Source of the DNA: an uncultured Chloroflexia bacterium
Lineage (GTDB): Bacteria; Chloroflexota; Anaerolineae; CG2-30-64-16
Length of the DNA stretch: 64,000 nt
Direction of reading: 5' to 3'
Assembly: GCA_963810095.1 (NCBI GenBank)
Contig: CAWEMM010000014.1
Location: forward strand, 160,001 to 224,000
The position numbers and the translations under genes were made by a program. The notes under the pieces are model-generated. The model saw only the letters and a program-made list of their open reading frames with translations, was not told the origin of the DNA and did not search any database. Positions 21,503-33,307 of the stretch are shown here, piece after piece; the first letter of the stretch is position 1; each line of letters starts with the position of its first letter.

Positions 21503-22279
21503 CTACCAGACCGACATCGGGTGAAACGCCTCGGCATAGTCCAGCCCGCAGCACTTGCCGGTCTCGTGGTTCCACTCCTCCAGCCACTGCAAGGCTTCCT
21601 CGCGGTGGCCGAACTGGCTCACGTGGCAGCGGGTCGCCCGCACCTTGCGCTCCCATGCGGCGGCGATGTCGACGGTGATCGCCCCCTGGCGCTCGCTGCC
21701 GCCGAAGAAGAAGAACCGCTTGACGTCGGCCACCTGGACGCCGTCCGCCAGTTGCTCGGGGTGGTACAACTCCATTTTTGACGGCATGTAGGCGTCGACC
21801 GCAGCCCGGCCCGCGGCGGTGTGGTCCGGGTGGGCCTGGCCGTGCCAGTAAGGGTCAAACGTAAAGATCGTGTCGGGCTGCCAACGCCGGTAGACGTGTG
21901 CCACCTCGGCCCGCAACCGCAGGTCGGCCACGAGTTCTCCGTCATGGTGGCCCTCGCCGAGCTGGCCGAGAAAGAAGACGTCTTTCAACCCCAGTGCCCG
22001 CGCGCCCGCCAGCGTTTCCTCGCGGCGTACGGCCGCAAGTGACTCGCGCGTGTAGGCCAGGTCATGCGTCCCGATGTCCCCGTCCGTGCAGAGAAGCAGC
22101 GCGATTTCGACAGCCGCGTCCGCCAGCAGGGCCAAGGTCCCGCCGCAGGTTGTCTCCAGGTCATCCGGGTGGGCCGCCACCACCAACAACCGTCGAATGT
22201 CGCCCTCAGGCCCGATCTTGCCGAATTGGGCGATACCAAAGCGGGGCTCTGCCGCCGAAAGAGTTTCTGGTTCCGTCAT
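21503..22279 (-). CDS. PIG-L/LmbE family deacetylase
   Basis: AHPDDLE, RREE, HPDH, HVSQ motifs. Confidence 0.92.
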   Translation of the reverse strand: MTEPETLSAAEPRFGIAQFGKIGPEGDIRRLLVVAAHPDDLETTCGGTLALLADAAVEIALLLCTDGDIGTHDLAYTRESLAAVRREETLAGARALGLKDVFFLGQLGEGHHDGELVADLRLRAEVAHVYRRWQPDTIFTFDPYWHGQAHPDHTAAGRAAVDAYMPSKMELYHPEQLADGVQVADVKRFFFFGGSERQGAITVDIAAAWERKVRATRCHVSQFGHREEALQWLEEWNHETGKCCGLDYAEAFHPMSVW

Positions 22280-22406
22280 ATGCTCTCGTCCTCCGTCTAC
22301 CAATTACTACTGCATTTTAGCGGGGAGCCGGGGTAAACGCAAGGAGGAGCGACCACCAATTTCGCGAATTGAGCCGGCTCGCCTGCCCGCCGGGCCTCGC
22401 TGCGCT

Positions 22407-22443
22407 GCGACACTTCTGCGACAGAAGAGAGACCGGCGCGACA
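22407..22443 (+). promoter_or_regulatory. Putative OmpR-type operator (GCGACA direct repeats, 11 bp period)
   Basis: GCGACA at 22407 and 22418, GAGACC at 22429, GCGACA at 22438. Confidence 0.6.
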
Positions 22444-22467
22444 CCCGGAGCGTCTACAAACGTATAG

Positions 22468-23233
22468 ATGGACATGACCAAGATTCTGATCATCGAAGAC
22501 GCGGTCGATCTGGCCGCGCTCGTGCGCCGGGAACTCGAGGCCGAGGGCTACACGGTGCGGCACGCGGCCGACGGGCAAGCAGGCCTGGAACTGTTCGCGG
22601 CGTTCGCGCCCGACCTGGTGCTGCTGGACTGGATGCTCCCGAAGTTGGACGGGCTAACCGTCTTGCGCCGGATCCGCCAGGCCCCCGGCTCGCGGGGCAA
22701 CGTGCCTGTGCTCATGCTGACGGCGCGCGGCGAAGAAACCGACCGCGTCATCGGCTTGGAGGTGGGCGCGGACGACTACCTGACCAAGCCCTTCGGCATG
22801 CGCGAAATTAGTGGCTCGCGTCCACGCACTGCTTCGCCGCGTGGAGAACGTACAGGCAGTGGTCGCAGCGGACCGGGCCAGCGCAAGCGGCGCGGAGGCC
22901 AGGCCGTTGGTTGCGCGCGGTGGCGCGGGGACTTTGCGTCTGGACCCCGGCGGCTACGAGGCGACGCTTGACGGCACGCCGCTTGACCTGACCCGTACCG
23001 AGTTCGATCTGTTGGCGCTGCTGATTCGCAATCCGGGCCGCGCGTTCAGCCGCCAGTACCTGCTCGACACCGTTTGGGGCGCGGACTATATCACGGGTGA
23101 CCGGTCAGTCGATAACGCGATCCTGCGCCTGCGGAAGAAGCTCGGCCCGGTGGGCGACCTGGTCGAAACGGTATGGGGTGTCGGGTATCGCTGGCGGCGC
23201 TCGACTACCGGGGGACAGGGCGCCGCACCATGA
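22468..23233 (+). CDS. OmpR/PhoB family response regulator, frameshift near 22810
   Basis: ILIIED, LLDWMLP, GADDYLTKPF; winged helix TEFDLL...ETVWGVGYR. Confidence 0.93.
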
Positions 23234-24873
23234 TGACAGAGAGCCCTTCGGAGACGGCCAGCCCGCGGCCCCGGCTGGCGCGGCGCCTCTTCCTCACCGC
23301 TCACCCGGTGCAAAGCTTGCTGGAGACGTGGGCTATTAGTCTGCTCCTTCTCTGGGCGCTCGTCGCGATGCAGCCCAGCCTCGCCCAGTATGCGACGACG
23401 ACCGGGCTGCTGTTCCTGCTCGGCACTTGTGGCATGTGGTCCGTCTTGCGCACGCGGCTGCCGCAGGGTGGATGGATGCGGCAACTGGCGGCCGAGGCGG
23501 TGATGGCGGCGCTGCTCGGGTGCGTTATGGCGTTCGGCGCGCTCGAACTCGGCCGGGCGCTGCCGGCCTGGCATCAGAGCATGGCCACCATGTCGGCGTG
23601 GAACGGCGGCGCGCTCATGCTCACGGTGCTGTTTGCCGCGACCGGTGTTGGTTATTTCTTCACGCGGTTCGGCCTGCGCCTGCTTATGTTCTGGAACCGG
23701 CTGCGGCAGCAGCGGCTTCTCTGGTCCATCACAAATGCCCACCTGGTCCTCGTCGCCCTCGTCGTGCTTGCCGCGGCGCTTGCCATGGCGCTCACCGCGC
23801 CCTACATGCAGATCTCGCCCACCGTCTCTGAGGAGCCCGTGGGCTGGCTGACCGACTACCTTGCCCGCTTCATCGTGACCGTGCTCCCCACAGTGGGCGT
23901 TTTTGCCGTTCTCGGCACGATCGCGCTGCTGGTCATCCTGCCGCCTTCCGCACTGGTGTCCTACTTCATCGCCCGCGGCACGACACGGCGGCTCGAGAAC
24001 CTGGCTCGGGCCGCGGCCGCGCTGCGTGCCGGCGACCTGGCGGCGCGCTCGACCGTCGAGGGACATGACGAAGTGGCCCAGTTGCAGAGCGACTTCAACG
24101 CGATGGCCGGCGAGCTCGAGCGATCACTGCACGCGCTGCAAGCGGAACGGGACCGGGTGTCTGCGCTCCTGGACGCCCGCCGGACCCTCGTCGCCAGCGT
24201 TTCGCACGAACTGCGCACACCCGTCGCAACCGTGCGGGCGGCACTCGAATCCAGCCTGGATCACTGGGATGACACCCCGCCCGAGCAAGTGCGTGCGAAC
24301 CTGGATATGATGCAGGGGGAAGTGCTGCGGCTGCAGGGGTTGATCGACGATCTGTTCACGCTGTCGCGGGCCGACGCCGGAGGCCTGGCAATCGAGTGCC
24401 GGCCCACGGACGTGGGCGAGGTCGCCCGGCGCATGGTCGAGGCGCTGGCGCCGCTGGCGTGGCGCTCGGGCCGCGTCGAGGTCGTCGGAGACATTCCTGC
24501 CAACCTTCCGCCGGCCCGTGCGGATGAGGGCCGCCTGGAGCAGGTGCTGGCAAACCTCATTCGCAATGCCATCCGGCACACGCCTCCAGGCGGCATCGTC
24601 GTGCTGCGCGCTCGCCAAGCAGGTGCAGGCGCCAGGATCGAAGTGTGCGACACCGGCGACGGCATTGCCGCCGAAGACCTCCCTCACATCTTCGAGCGTT
24701 TCTACCGGGGCTCGACGGCCAAGCACCACGACGCCCACGGCCGGCCCAGCGATGCCGGCGCCGGGCTTGGCCTCGCGCTCGTTAAGGAACTGACCGAGGC
24801 GATGGGCGGCACGGTGTCCGTGGAGAGCACCCCCGGCGAGGGAAGCTGCTTCGCCGTCACGCTGCAGGGCTGA
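23230..24873 (+). CDS. Multi-TM HAMP sensor histidine kinase
   Basis: About 6 TM helices, HAMP, SHELRTP, NAIRH, DTGDGI, FERFYR, GLGL. Confidence 0.95.
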   Translation: MMTESPSETASPRPRLARRLFLTAHPVQSLLETWAISLLLLWALVAMQPSLAQYATTTGLLFLLGTCGMWSVLRTRLPQGGWMRQLAAEAVMAALLGCVMAFGALELGRALPAWHQSMATMSAWNGGALMLTVLFAATGVGYFFTRFGLRLLMFWNRLRQQRLLWSITNAHLVLVALVVLAAALAMALTAPYMQISPTVSEEPVGWLTDYLARFIVTVLPTVGVFAVLGTIALLVILPPSALVSYFIARGTTRRLENLARAAAALRAGDLAARSTVEGHDEVAQLQSDFNAMAGELERSLHALQAERDRVSALLDARRTLVASVSHELRTPVATVRAALESSLDHWDDTPPEQVRANLDMMQGEVLRLQGLIDDLFTLSRADAGGLAIECRPTDVGEVARRMVEALAPLAWRSGRVEVVGDIPANLPPARADEGRLEQVLANLIRNAIRHTPPGGIVVLRARQAGAGARIEVCDTGDGIAAEDLPHIFERFYRGSTAKHHDAHGRPSDAGAGLGLALVKELTEAMGGTVSVESTPGEGSCFAVTLQG

Positions 24874-24892
24874 GCCCGGCACGGCAACCCTT

Positions 24893-24946
24893 GCGACACT
24901 TCTGAGACAACCTCGCCATCCTCCCGCGACGCGAGCTCGGTACGAT
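24893..24946 (+). promoter_or_regulatory. Operator plus -10 upstream of the ABC operon
   Basis: GCGACA 24893, GAGACA 24904, GCGACG 24926, TACGAT 24941. Confidence 0.6.
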
Positions 24947-24979
24947 TGAAGCATCCGATCCACTGAAGGAGGATGCTTC

Positions 24980-25930
24980 ATGTCGTACGTCATCGAAGTG
25001 AGCGGTGTGGCGCGCCGCTTTGGGAGCGTGCAGGCGCTCGATGGGGTTAACCTGCAGGTGCCCCTAGGCAGCATCTACGGGTTTCTGGGACCCAACGGCG
25101 CAGGCAAGACCACCACGATACGCATCTTGCTCGGCCTCTTGCGGGCCCAGGCGGGCGAAGTGCGGCTGCTCGGCCACCCAATTCCGGCACAGCGGCTGGC
25201 TGCGCTACGCAGGGTGGGCACGCTCGTCGAAACTCCCTCGCTGTACCCCCATCTGACCGGATACGAAAACCTGGAACTTATCCGCCGCATGATCGACGGG
25301 ACCGACACCCAGGTCCGCCGCGCCCTGGCAATCGTCGGGCTGGACAACCCCCGCGACGCGCAGCGGCCGGTGCGCGGCTACTCCCAGGGCATGCGCCAGC
25401 GGCTGGGCCTGGCCATTGCCTTGCTGCCCGTGCCCGAGTTGTTGATTCTCGACGAGCCGACGAATGGGCTGGACCCTGCGGGCATCCACGAGATGCGCGA
25501 GCTGATCCGGCGGCTGCCCGAGCAGGACGGCGTGACGGTATTCCTCTCCAGCCACTTGCTCGGCGAGATCGAACAGGTGGCGACCCAGATCGGCATCATC
25601 GATCGCGGCCGGGTCATCTTCGAAGGCGCGCCCGACGCGCTCCGTGCGGCGTACCAGGACGAGGCGACGCTGCTGACGAACCGGGCGCAGGACGCGCAAG
25701 GGGTGCTCCAGGCGTCCGGCTGGGCGACGACTTACAACGGCAACGGGCACGTGACGGTGCGGGTCAACGGCCCGTCCGACGTAGCCGTGCTGAACCGGCG
25801 GCTCGTCGAAGGCGGCATCCCGGTATACGGACTGCACATGGCCCAGCCATCGCTCGAAGATATCTTCCTCACCCTTACCGGCAAGGCGCCGGCCGCATCC
25901 GCCCCGACAGGCGAAAGGAACGCGTCGTGA
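24980..25930 (+). CDS. ABC ATP-binding subunit (LanF/BcrA-like)
   Basis: GPNGAGKTT, YSQGMRQRLG, LILDEPTNGLDP, SSHLL. Confidence 0.93.
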   Translation: MSYVIEVSGVARRFGSVQALDGVNLQVPLGSIYGFLGPNGAGKTTTIRILLGLLRAQAGEVRLLGHPIPAQRLAALRRVGTLVETPSLYPHLTGYENLELIRRMIDGTDTQVRRALAIVGLDNPRDAQRPVRGYSQGMRQRLGLAIALLPVPELLILDEPTNGLDPAGIHEMRELIRRLPEQDGVTVFLSSHLLGEIEQVATQIGIIDRGRVIFEGAPDALRAAYQDEATLLTNRAQDAQGVLQASGWATTYNGNGHVTVRVNGPSDVAVLNRRLVEGGIPVYGLHMAQPSLEDIFLTLTGKAPAASAPTGERNAS

Positions 25931-26691
25931 CCTCATCTCCTTCTCTCTGGCGCGCGCTGAGCGCCGAAACCCTCAAGCTGAAGCGGACCCTGGCCCTGGG
26001 ATTGGCATTCCTGGCCCCACTGGCGATCGGTTTTCTCCTGGTCGTGATGTTCGTGCAGATGGGACCTGAGAGGGGCGCGGGTGATTCGTGGAAGCCGTTC
26101 GTTCAGAACGGGCATGTGCTGTGGAGCCTGCTGATGCTGCCGCTGTTCGTGACGTTGCAAATGGGCTTGTTTGCCAACATGGAGCATGGGAACAAGGCGT
26201 GGAAGTTGATCTACAGCCAGCCGACGCCGCGCTGGGCGGTGTACGCGGCCAAGCAGATCATCAGCCTGGGACTTATCGCGCTCAGCATGCTCGTGCTGGT
26301 GGGGGTGCTGTTCGTTTCGGGCCGGCTGGTGCAACTGATCAACCCGGCGTTCGGGTTTGACCAACCGTTCCCCTGGGAAAAGGTTGCGATTGCGACCGGT
26401 GCCGCGTTCCTCGCATCGTGGCTGATCGTCGCATTTCACCTGTGGTTCAGCGTACGCGTGCCCAGCTTCGTCGCCGAGATGGCAGTTGGCATCGTGGGGA
26501 CCGTCGCAGCCGTGATGGTTATCCAATCAGACAAGTACGGTCCGTACTATCCGTGGACGCTGCCCGGAACGGCCGCCATGAACTACCTCAATGGCCAAAG
26601 CTTCACAACGCCCGTCGTCGTCGGTGTCACGGGCGGCGTGCTGCTGGCCCTGGTGTGCTGTTGGGATGCGTCAAGGCGCGAAGTGTTGTGA
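25927..26691 (+). CDS. ABC-2 permease (LanE/LanG-like)
   Basis: AETLKLKRT start, EH..KAWK loop, 6 TM, YYPW. Confidence 0.85.
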   Translation: MTSSPSLWRALSAETLKLKRTLALGLAFLAPLAIGFLLVVMFVQMGPERGAGDSWKPFVQNGHVLWSLLMLPLFVTLQMGLFANMEHGNKAWKLIYSQPTPRWAVYAAKQIISLGLIALSMLVLVGVLFVSGRLVQLINPAFGFDQPFPWEKVAIATGAAFLASWLIVAFHLWFSVRVPSFVAEMAVGIVGTVAAVMVIQSDKYGPYYPWTLPGTAAMNYLNGQSFTTPVVVGVTGGVLLALVCCWDASRREVL

Positions 26692-26704
26692 TCTAGCGCA
26701 GCGT

Positions 26705-26737
26705 AGAAACCAGGTTTCTCCGAGAGACCTGGTTTCT
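26705..26737. repeat. Family A copy 4 (may act as terminator, followed by T-run)
   Basis: AGAAACCAGGTTTCT-CCG-AGAGACCTGGTTTCT. Confidence 0.88.
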
Positions 26738-26750
26738 TTTCCCGATGCTC

Positions 26751-26825
26751 GCGACAGTGCTGCGACAAAACGCAGCGGTGTCACGACAAAACAACGAAAT
26801 CGTCGCGATCTCCTCCCGGTACGAT
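26751..26825 (+). promoter_or_regulatory. Operator plus -10 upstream of the hypothetical secreted protein
   Basis: GCGACA 26751 and 26762, ACGACA 26783, GCGATC 26805, TACGAT 26820. Confidence 0.6.
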
Positions 26826-26866
26826 GTGTGTGTCAGCAGCAAGACCATCAACTCGGAGGGGAAACC

Positions 26867-27625
26867 ATGAACGTTCGCTACGTGACACGTCGCTTCGGAC
26901 GCATTGCACTGGTATGGGCCATCGCGATTGCCATGATCCTGCCCGTCAGCGCAAGCACGGCAACGACCACGAAGGAGGAGACGATGAATTACCCTGTTAG
27001 CATGAGCCATAGCCTGCGTCTGGACGGCCTCGCGGCAAGCCTGGTGCGCCGGCCGGTGAGCCAGCTCACGTCGGCCGAGCGCCGCGACCTCGCCGGTCGT
27101 TACAGCGACCGGGTCGTCTCCGCAAGCACCGACCTGGAAGCCTTCGCCCGCTGCGCCGAGTTCGCCGCATACCTTGCCGGCGGCGACGTGGACGAATTCG
27201 TCATGACGCTCAGCTACCTGACGCTGGATGCGCATGACAACTGGACTGCGATCGCGGCCGGCCCCTGGACCCGCATGCGCAACCGGATCCACAACGCGCT
27301 GCCGTTCATTCCCAACGGCAAGGCGCTCCTTCGTTACGGAAGCCAAGGTTTCGCGGTGGATGACAAGAGCAACCAGGCCCAGCACTTCTGGTACTCAGTC
27401 GCGATCACGTATAAATGGGGCGCCGGGTTGGCCGAATTGATCGCCCGCTACCACGAATGGAACGCCCCCACACCGCTGCGCTGGCTGCCGGGCACCGGGC
27501 ATGGCGTCGGCTCGGCCGGCGACTTCGGCCTCTCACGGCAGGGTATGGTCCTGGGACGAATACTGCGCGATGGCTCCATCCGGCCCGAAGGTGTGGGCGA
27601 GTGGATGCGCGAACAGCTTGGATAG
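26867..27625 (+). CDS. Hypothetical protein with predicted signal peptide
   Basis: GGAGG SD; basic-hydrophobic N-terminus ending VSA-S; no recognised domain. Confidence 0.7.
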   Translation: MNVRYVTRRFGRIALVWAIAIAMILPVSASTATTTKEETMNYPVSMSHSLRLDGLAASLVRRPVSQLTSAERRDLAGRYSDRVVSASTDLEAFARCAEFAAYLAGGDVDEFVMTLSYLTLDAHDNWTAIAAGPWTRMRNRIHNALPFIPNGKALLRYGSQGFAVDDKSNQAQHFWYSVAITYKWGAGLAELIARYHEWNAPTPLRWLPGTGHGVGSAGDFGLSRQGMVLGRILRDGSIRPEGVGEWMREQLG

Positions 27626-27644
27626 ATGGACTTAACGACTCTCA

Positions 27645-27739
27645 AATAGGCCGCCGTTCGAACTGGTCGAACCGATTTTCGTGACCGTCTTCGGAAGGAT
27701 CATGCAGATCAGCCCGATCAGCCCGAACAGCGGCCTATT
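27645..27739. repeat. Family B element copy 6
   Basis: AATAGGCCGC...GCGGCCTATT, ends covary. Confidence 0.8.
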
Positions 27740-27809
27740 GTTCATTCGCCGTCCACATCACCTCGCGATATACTAGTGTCCTGACTAACGCGCAAAGGAT
27801 ACGACATAA

Positions 27810-30093
<2,284 letters not shown>

Positions 30094-30098
<5 letters not shown>

Positions 30099-30187
30099 CA
30101 CGCAGGTTTGACTGATCGGACTGATTCACCTGATCCTCCAAAGGAGATCATGAAGATGCGTCTGATCAGTTCAATCTGCGTCCTACT
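30094..30187. repeat. Family B element copy 7, between convergent genes
   Basis: AATAGCACGC...GCGTCCTACT. Confidence 0.8.
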
Positions 30188-31576
30188 CTACACGGCACGC
30201 CGGCGGACATAGGCAGGCATGCGCTGCGAGGGGAAGCTGGCGTGCGTCCAGTCGACCGGGATCGCCTCGTCGGGGAGGGTCGGTTGGCGGCGGACTACGA
30301 CGAGCGTCATGTCGTCGTATTGCGCGGCCCCCCCTGTGAAATCGTCGATGGCGTCGAGAATCGCGTCGATGAGGGCATGCGCCCCCCGGTCCGCGTGTGC
30401 GACCAATACCGAGTGCAAGCGGTCCTCCCCGAAGGTCTTGCCCTGGTTGTTCGTCGCGTCGGTCACCCCGTCCGAGTAGAGCAGGACCGCATCCCCAAGG
30501 TCCAGCACCGTCTCCCGCTCTTCGAGCGTGATCTCCTCAAAGGCGCCGAGGATCATGCCCCTGGTCCGCACTTCCGCACCGCTGCTCTCAGCCGCCCGCT
30601 TGAGAAAGGGCCGGTTGTGGCCGGCATTGGCAATGATCATGCGGCCGGAACCGAGGTCAAAGGTGGCGTAGCAGGCGGTGAGGAACATGTCCGACTTGCT
30701 GTCTTCGCGGATGATCGAATTAGCCCGGGTGAGGACTGCGGCAGGCCGCCGGCCGCCCAGCGCACTCGTCCGAATCACCGTGCGGCTGAGGGCCATGTAC
30801 AGTGCGGCAGGCACGCCCTTGTCTGCCACGTCTGCGATGACCACGCCCATGCGCAGGGGCGGCCCCGGCAGATAGAAATAGTCGTAGAAGTCGCCCCCCA
30901 CGGTCTGCGCGGGGCGATAGGCGGCGGCAAAGTCCCATCCCGGGATTTCCGGGGCGTCGTCGGGCAGGAGGCTGAGCTGGATTTGCCGCGCCACCTCCAA
31001 CTGCTCGGCCAGCCGCTCCTGGCGCAGGGATTCCTCCTGGAGCCGGGCGGTCTCCAGTGCGAGCGCAGCCTGGGTGGCCATGAGCTGTAGCAGGCGCACG
31101 TCGTCGTTCGCGGCAGCTCGAGGCCGCCGCATATCGACCGCAAGCGCACCGATAGTGCCGCCTTCGGCCTGCAGGGGAATCACCCAATGGCCGCGGAACT
31201 CCTCGGCCGCCATCCAGTCGGGAATGAAGACCCCCTGGGGGTCCTCCACCGCATCGGCGACGATCAGTGGCTGGCCCGTCAGCATCACCCGGCCCGGCCC
31301 GCTGTGCTCGTCCGCGCTGACCGAGTGGCGGGCAGCCACCGGATCATGCCGCCAGCCGCTGGCGGCGCGGAAGACGATCCGCCCGTTTGCCGGGTCTGGG
31401 GTCAGGATGGAGCAGGCGTCGGCACGCAGGAGCCGGCGCACCTCTTCGACCAGGTGGCGCATGAGGCTGTCGACGCTGTGATGGCCGAGCAGGCGGTTCG
31501 AGAACTCGAGCAGCGACTGTAGCTCGCGCGCGTGCCGCGCTTGGGCCACCTCGAGCAGCCGGGCGTCTTCAGACAT
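30188..31576 (-). CDS. GAF plus PP2C/SpoIIE (RsbU-like) phosphatase
   Basis: VGGDFYD, ADVADKGVPAAL, NAGH, YSDGV, DDMT. Confidence 0.93.
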   Translation of the reverse strand: MSEDARLLEVAQARHARELQSLLEFSNRLLGHHSVDSLMRHLVEEVRRLLRADACSILTPDPANGRIVFRAASGWRHDPVAARHSVSADEHSGPGRVMLTGQPLIVADAVEDPQGVFIPDWMAAEEFRGHWVIPLQAEGGTIGALAVDMRRPRAAANDDVRLLQLMATQAALALETARLQEESLRQERLAEQLEVARQIQLSLLPDDAPEIPGWDFAAAYRPAQTVGGDFYDYFYLPGPPLRMGVVIADVADKGVPAALYMALSRTVIRTSALGGRRPAAVLTRANSIIREDSKSDMFLTACYATFDLGSGRMIIANAGHNRPFLKRAAESSGAEVRTRGMILGAFEEITLEERETVLDLGDAVLLYSDGVTDATNNQGKTFGEDRLHSVLVAHADRGAHALIDAILDAIDDFTGGAAQYDDMTLVVVRRQPTLPDEAIPVDWTHASFPSQRMPAYVRRRAV

Positions 31577-32090
31577 ACTTCTCCACTTTGAACCGTTCCA
31601 GCTCGACCGGCTCCGTTGGCCCGATGCCTGCCTTCATGCGCGCGTAGCGCACCTGTGTCTCCGCGTCGTCAATTCCTTCGATGTCTGGCAGCAGCAGGCC
31701 CCGGCGCCAGCCCCGCTGCACGATCACGCCGTAGACCCTGGGGTCGAGCTGGTCGAGCGACCGGATTTTCTCCGCCGGATAGAGCACGCTGACGTCGATT
31801 CGGAGGTCGTCGAGTTCCTCGGGCCGCACGGGAGGAAAGCGTGGGTCACGCGTCGCAGCGGAAATCGCATTGCCGATCACTTCCCTGACCAGTGTCTCTT
31901 GCGTGGCCTCGATCGTCCCGATACAACCCCGCAATTCGCCCGTGCTGACGGTGTGCAGCGTCACGAACGCGCCCGCCGTACCACCCTCGACGCCCGGCGG
32001 CGCTTCGTCTGGCTGCAGCTTCCGCCCGGAACGTACGTAGACCTCGATGGTCCTGCGTGCCAGTTGGACGAGGGGATGTTCGTCTGCCAT
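31569..32090 (-). CDS. AMMECR1 domain protein
   Basis: GAFVTL, LRGCIGT, DPRFPP, GLLLP. Confidence 0.93.
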   Translation of the reverse strand: MADEHPLVQLARRTIEVYVRSGRKLQPDEAPPGVEGGTAGAFVTLHTVSTGELRGCIGTIEATQETLVREVIGNAISAATRDPRFPPVRPEELDDLRIDVSVLYPAEKIRSLDQLDPRVYGVIVQRGWRRGLLLPDIEGIDDAETQVRYARMKAGIGPTEPVELERFKVEKYV

Positions 32091-32112
32091 GGCACCCTCC
32101 CATGGTCGCTTG

Positions 32113-32145
32113 AGAAACCTGGTTTCTCGAAGAAACCAGGTTTCT
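32113..32145. repeat. Family A copy 5
   Basis: AGAAACCTGGTTTCT-CGA-AGAAACCAGGTTTCT. Confidence 0.9.
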
Positions 32146-32148
32146 TAC

Positions 32149-33288
32149 TCATACAAACCGTGATATCACCATCCGCTGCACTTCGCTGGTGCCTTCGCCG
32201 ATCGTCATCAGCCGGGCGTCCCGGTAGATGCGCTCGACGGGATACTGGCGGCTATAGCCGAAGCCGCCGTGAATTTGGATCGCATTGCGAGCGATGCGCT
32301 CGGCCGCCTCGGTGGCAAAGAGCTTGGCGATCGAGGCTTCCTTCGTGTAGGGCCGGCCCTTATCGCGCAGCCAGGCGGCCCGGTAGACCAGCCAGCGCGC
32401 CGCCTCAATATCCGTTATCATATCGGCCAGCATGAAGCCGACCGCCTGGTGCTCCTTGATCGGCACCCCGAAAGTCTTGCGGCTCGACGCATAATCACAG
32501 GCCGCTTCGTACGCACCCTGCGCCAATCCCAGGCTCAACGCTGCAATCCCGACCCGGCCGCCGTCGAGGACGGTCAGCGTCTGGGCCAGCCCGCGACCCT
32601 CCGGCCCCAGCATGTTTTCGGCGGGCACCCGCACGTCTTCGATCGTCAGCGCATAGGTGTGCGATCCGTGCAGCCCCATTTTGGGCTCTGGCCGGTCGAA
32701 GTGGAGTCCAGGCGTGTCGGTGGGCACGAGGATGTGGCTCAGCCGGCCGCTGCGTTCCTCGTCGAAGCCGCCCGTGCGGCACAGAAGGATGGCGGCCCCC
32801 GCCTCCGCGCCATTGGTGAGCCACATCTTCGCGCCGTTGATGACCCACTGGTCGCCGTCGCGGACTGCCTTCGTGCGGGTCGCCCGCAGGTCGGACCCCG
32901 AGCCCGGCTCGGTGAGCCCCAGGCACCCCAGCATCTCACCCTGCGCCATTGGGGTCAACCAGCGCTGCTTCTGCGCTTCCGTCCCAAAGAGGGCCAACGG
33001 TCCGCACGCGAGGCCGAGGTGGGCAGCGACGATGAGCCCCGTGGAGCCACATCCCCGGCCGATCTCCTCCAGCAAGATCGCGGCGCTGAGGTGGTCTGCC
33101 CCTGCGCCGCCGTATTCTTCCGGCACGTTTAGGCCCAGCAGGCCCAGTTTCGCCAATCCCTTAAGGGCCGGCCAAGGGAACTCTTCGGATTCGTCGACAT
33201 GCCGCGCGCGTGGCACGATCTCCTTGTCCACGAAGCCGCGTACGCTTTGCCGCAACAGACGGTGTTCTTCCGACAGGTCGAAATCCAT
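32149..33288 (-). CDS. Acyl-CoA dehydrogenase
   Basis: LTEPGSGSD, NGAKMWLTNG, QIHGGFGY, IGEGTSEVQR. Confidence 0.96.
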   Translation of the reverse strand: MDFDLSEEHRLLRQSVRGFVDKEIVPRARHVDESEEFPWPALKGLAKLGLLGLNVPEEYGGAGADHLSAAILLEEIGRGCGSTGLIVAAHLGLACGPLALFGTEAQKQRWLTPMAQGEMLGCLGLTEPGSGSDLRATRTKAVRDGDQWVINGAKMWLTNGAEAGAAILLCRTGGFDEERSGRLSHILVPTDTPGLHFDRPEPKMGLHGSHTYALTIEDVRVPAENMLGPEGRGLAQTLTVLDGGRVGIAALSLGLAQGAYEAACDYASSRKTFGVPIKEHQAVGFMLADMITDIEAARWLVYRAAWLRDKGRPYTKEASIAKLFATEAAERIARNAIQIHGGFGYSRQYPVERIYRDARLMTIGEGTSEVQRMVISRFV

Positions 33289-33307
33289 CCCCAGCCTCCT
33301 TTGCCCC

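Noticed and set aside
24980-26691. Lantibiotic biosynthetic cluster
   Set aside because: Only a resistance-type ABC transporter and a two-component pair; no precursor peptide or LanB/C/M seen
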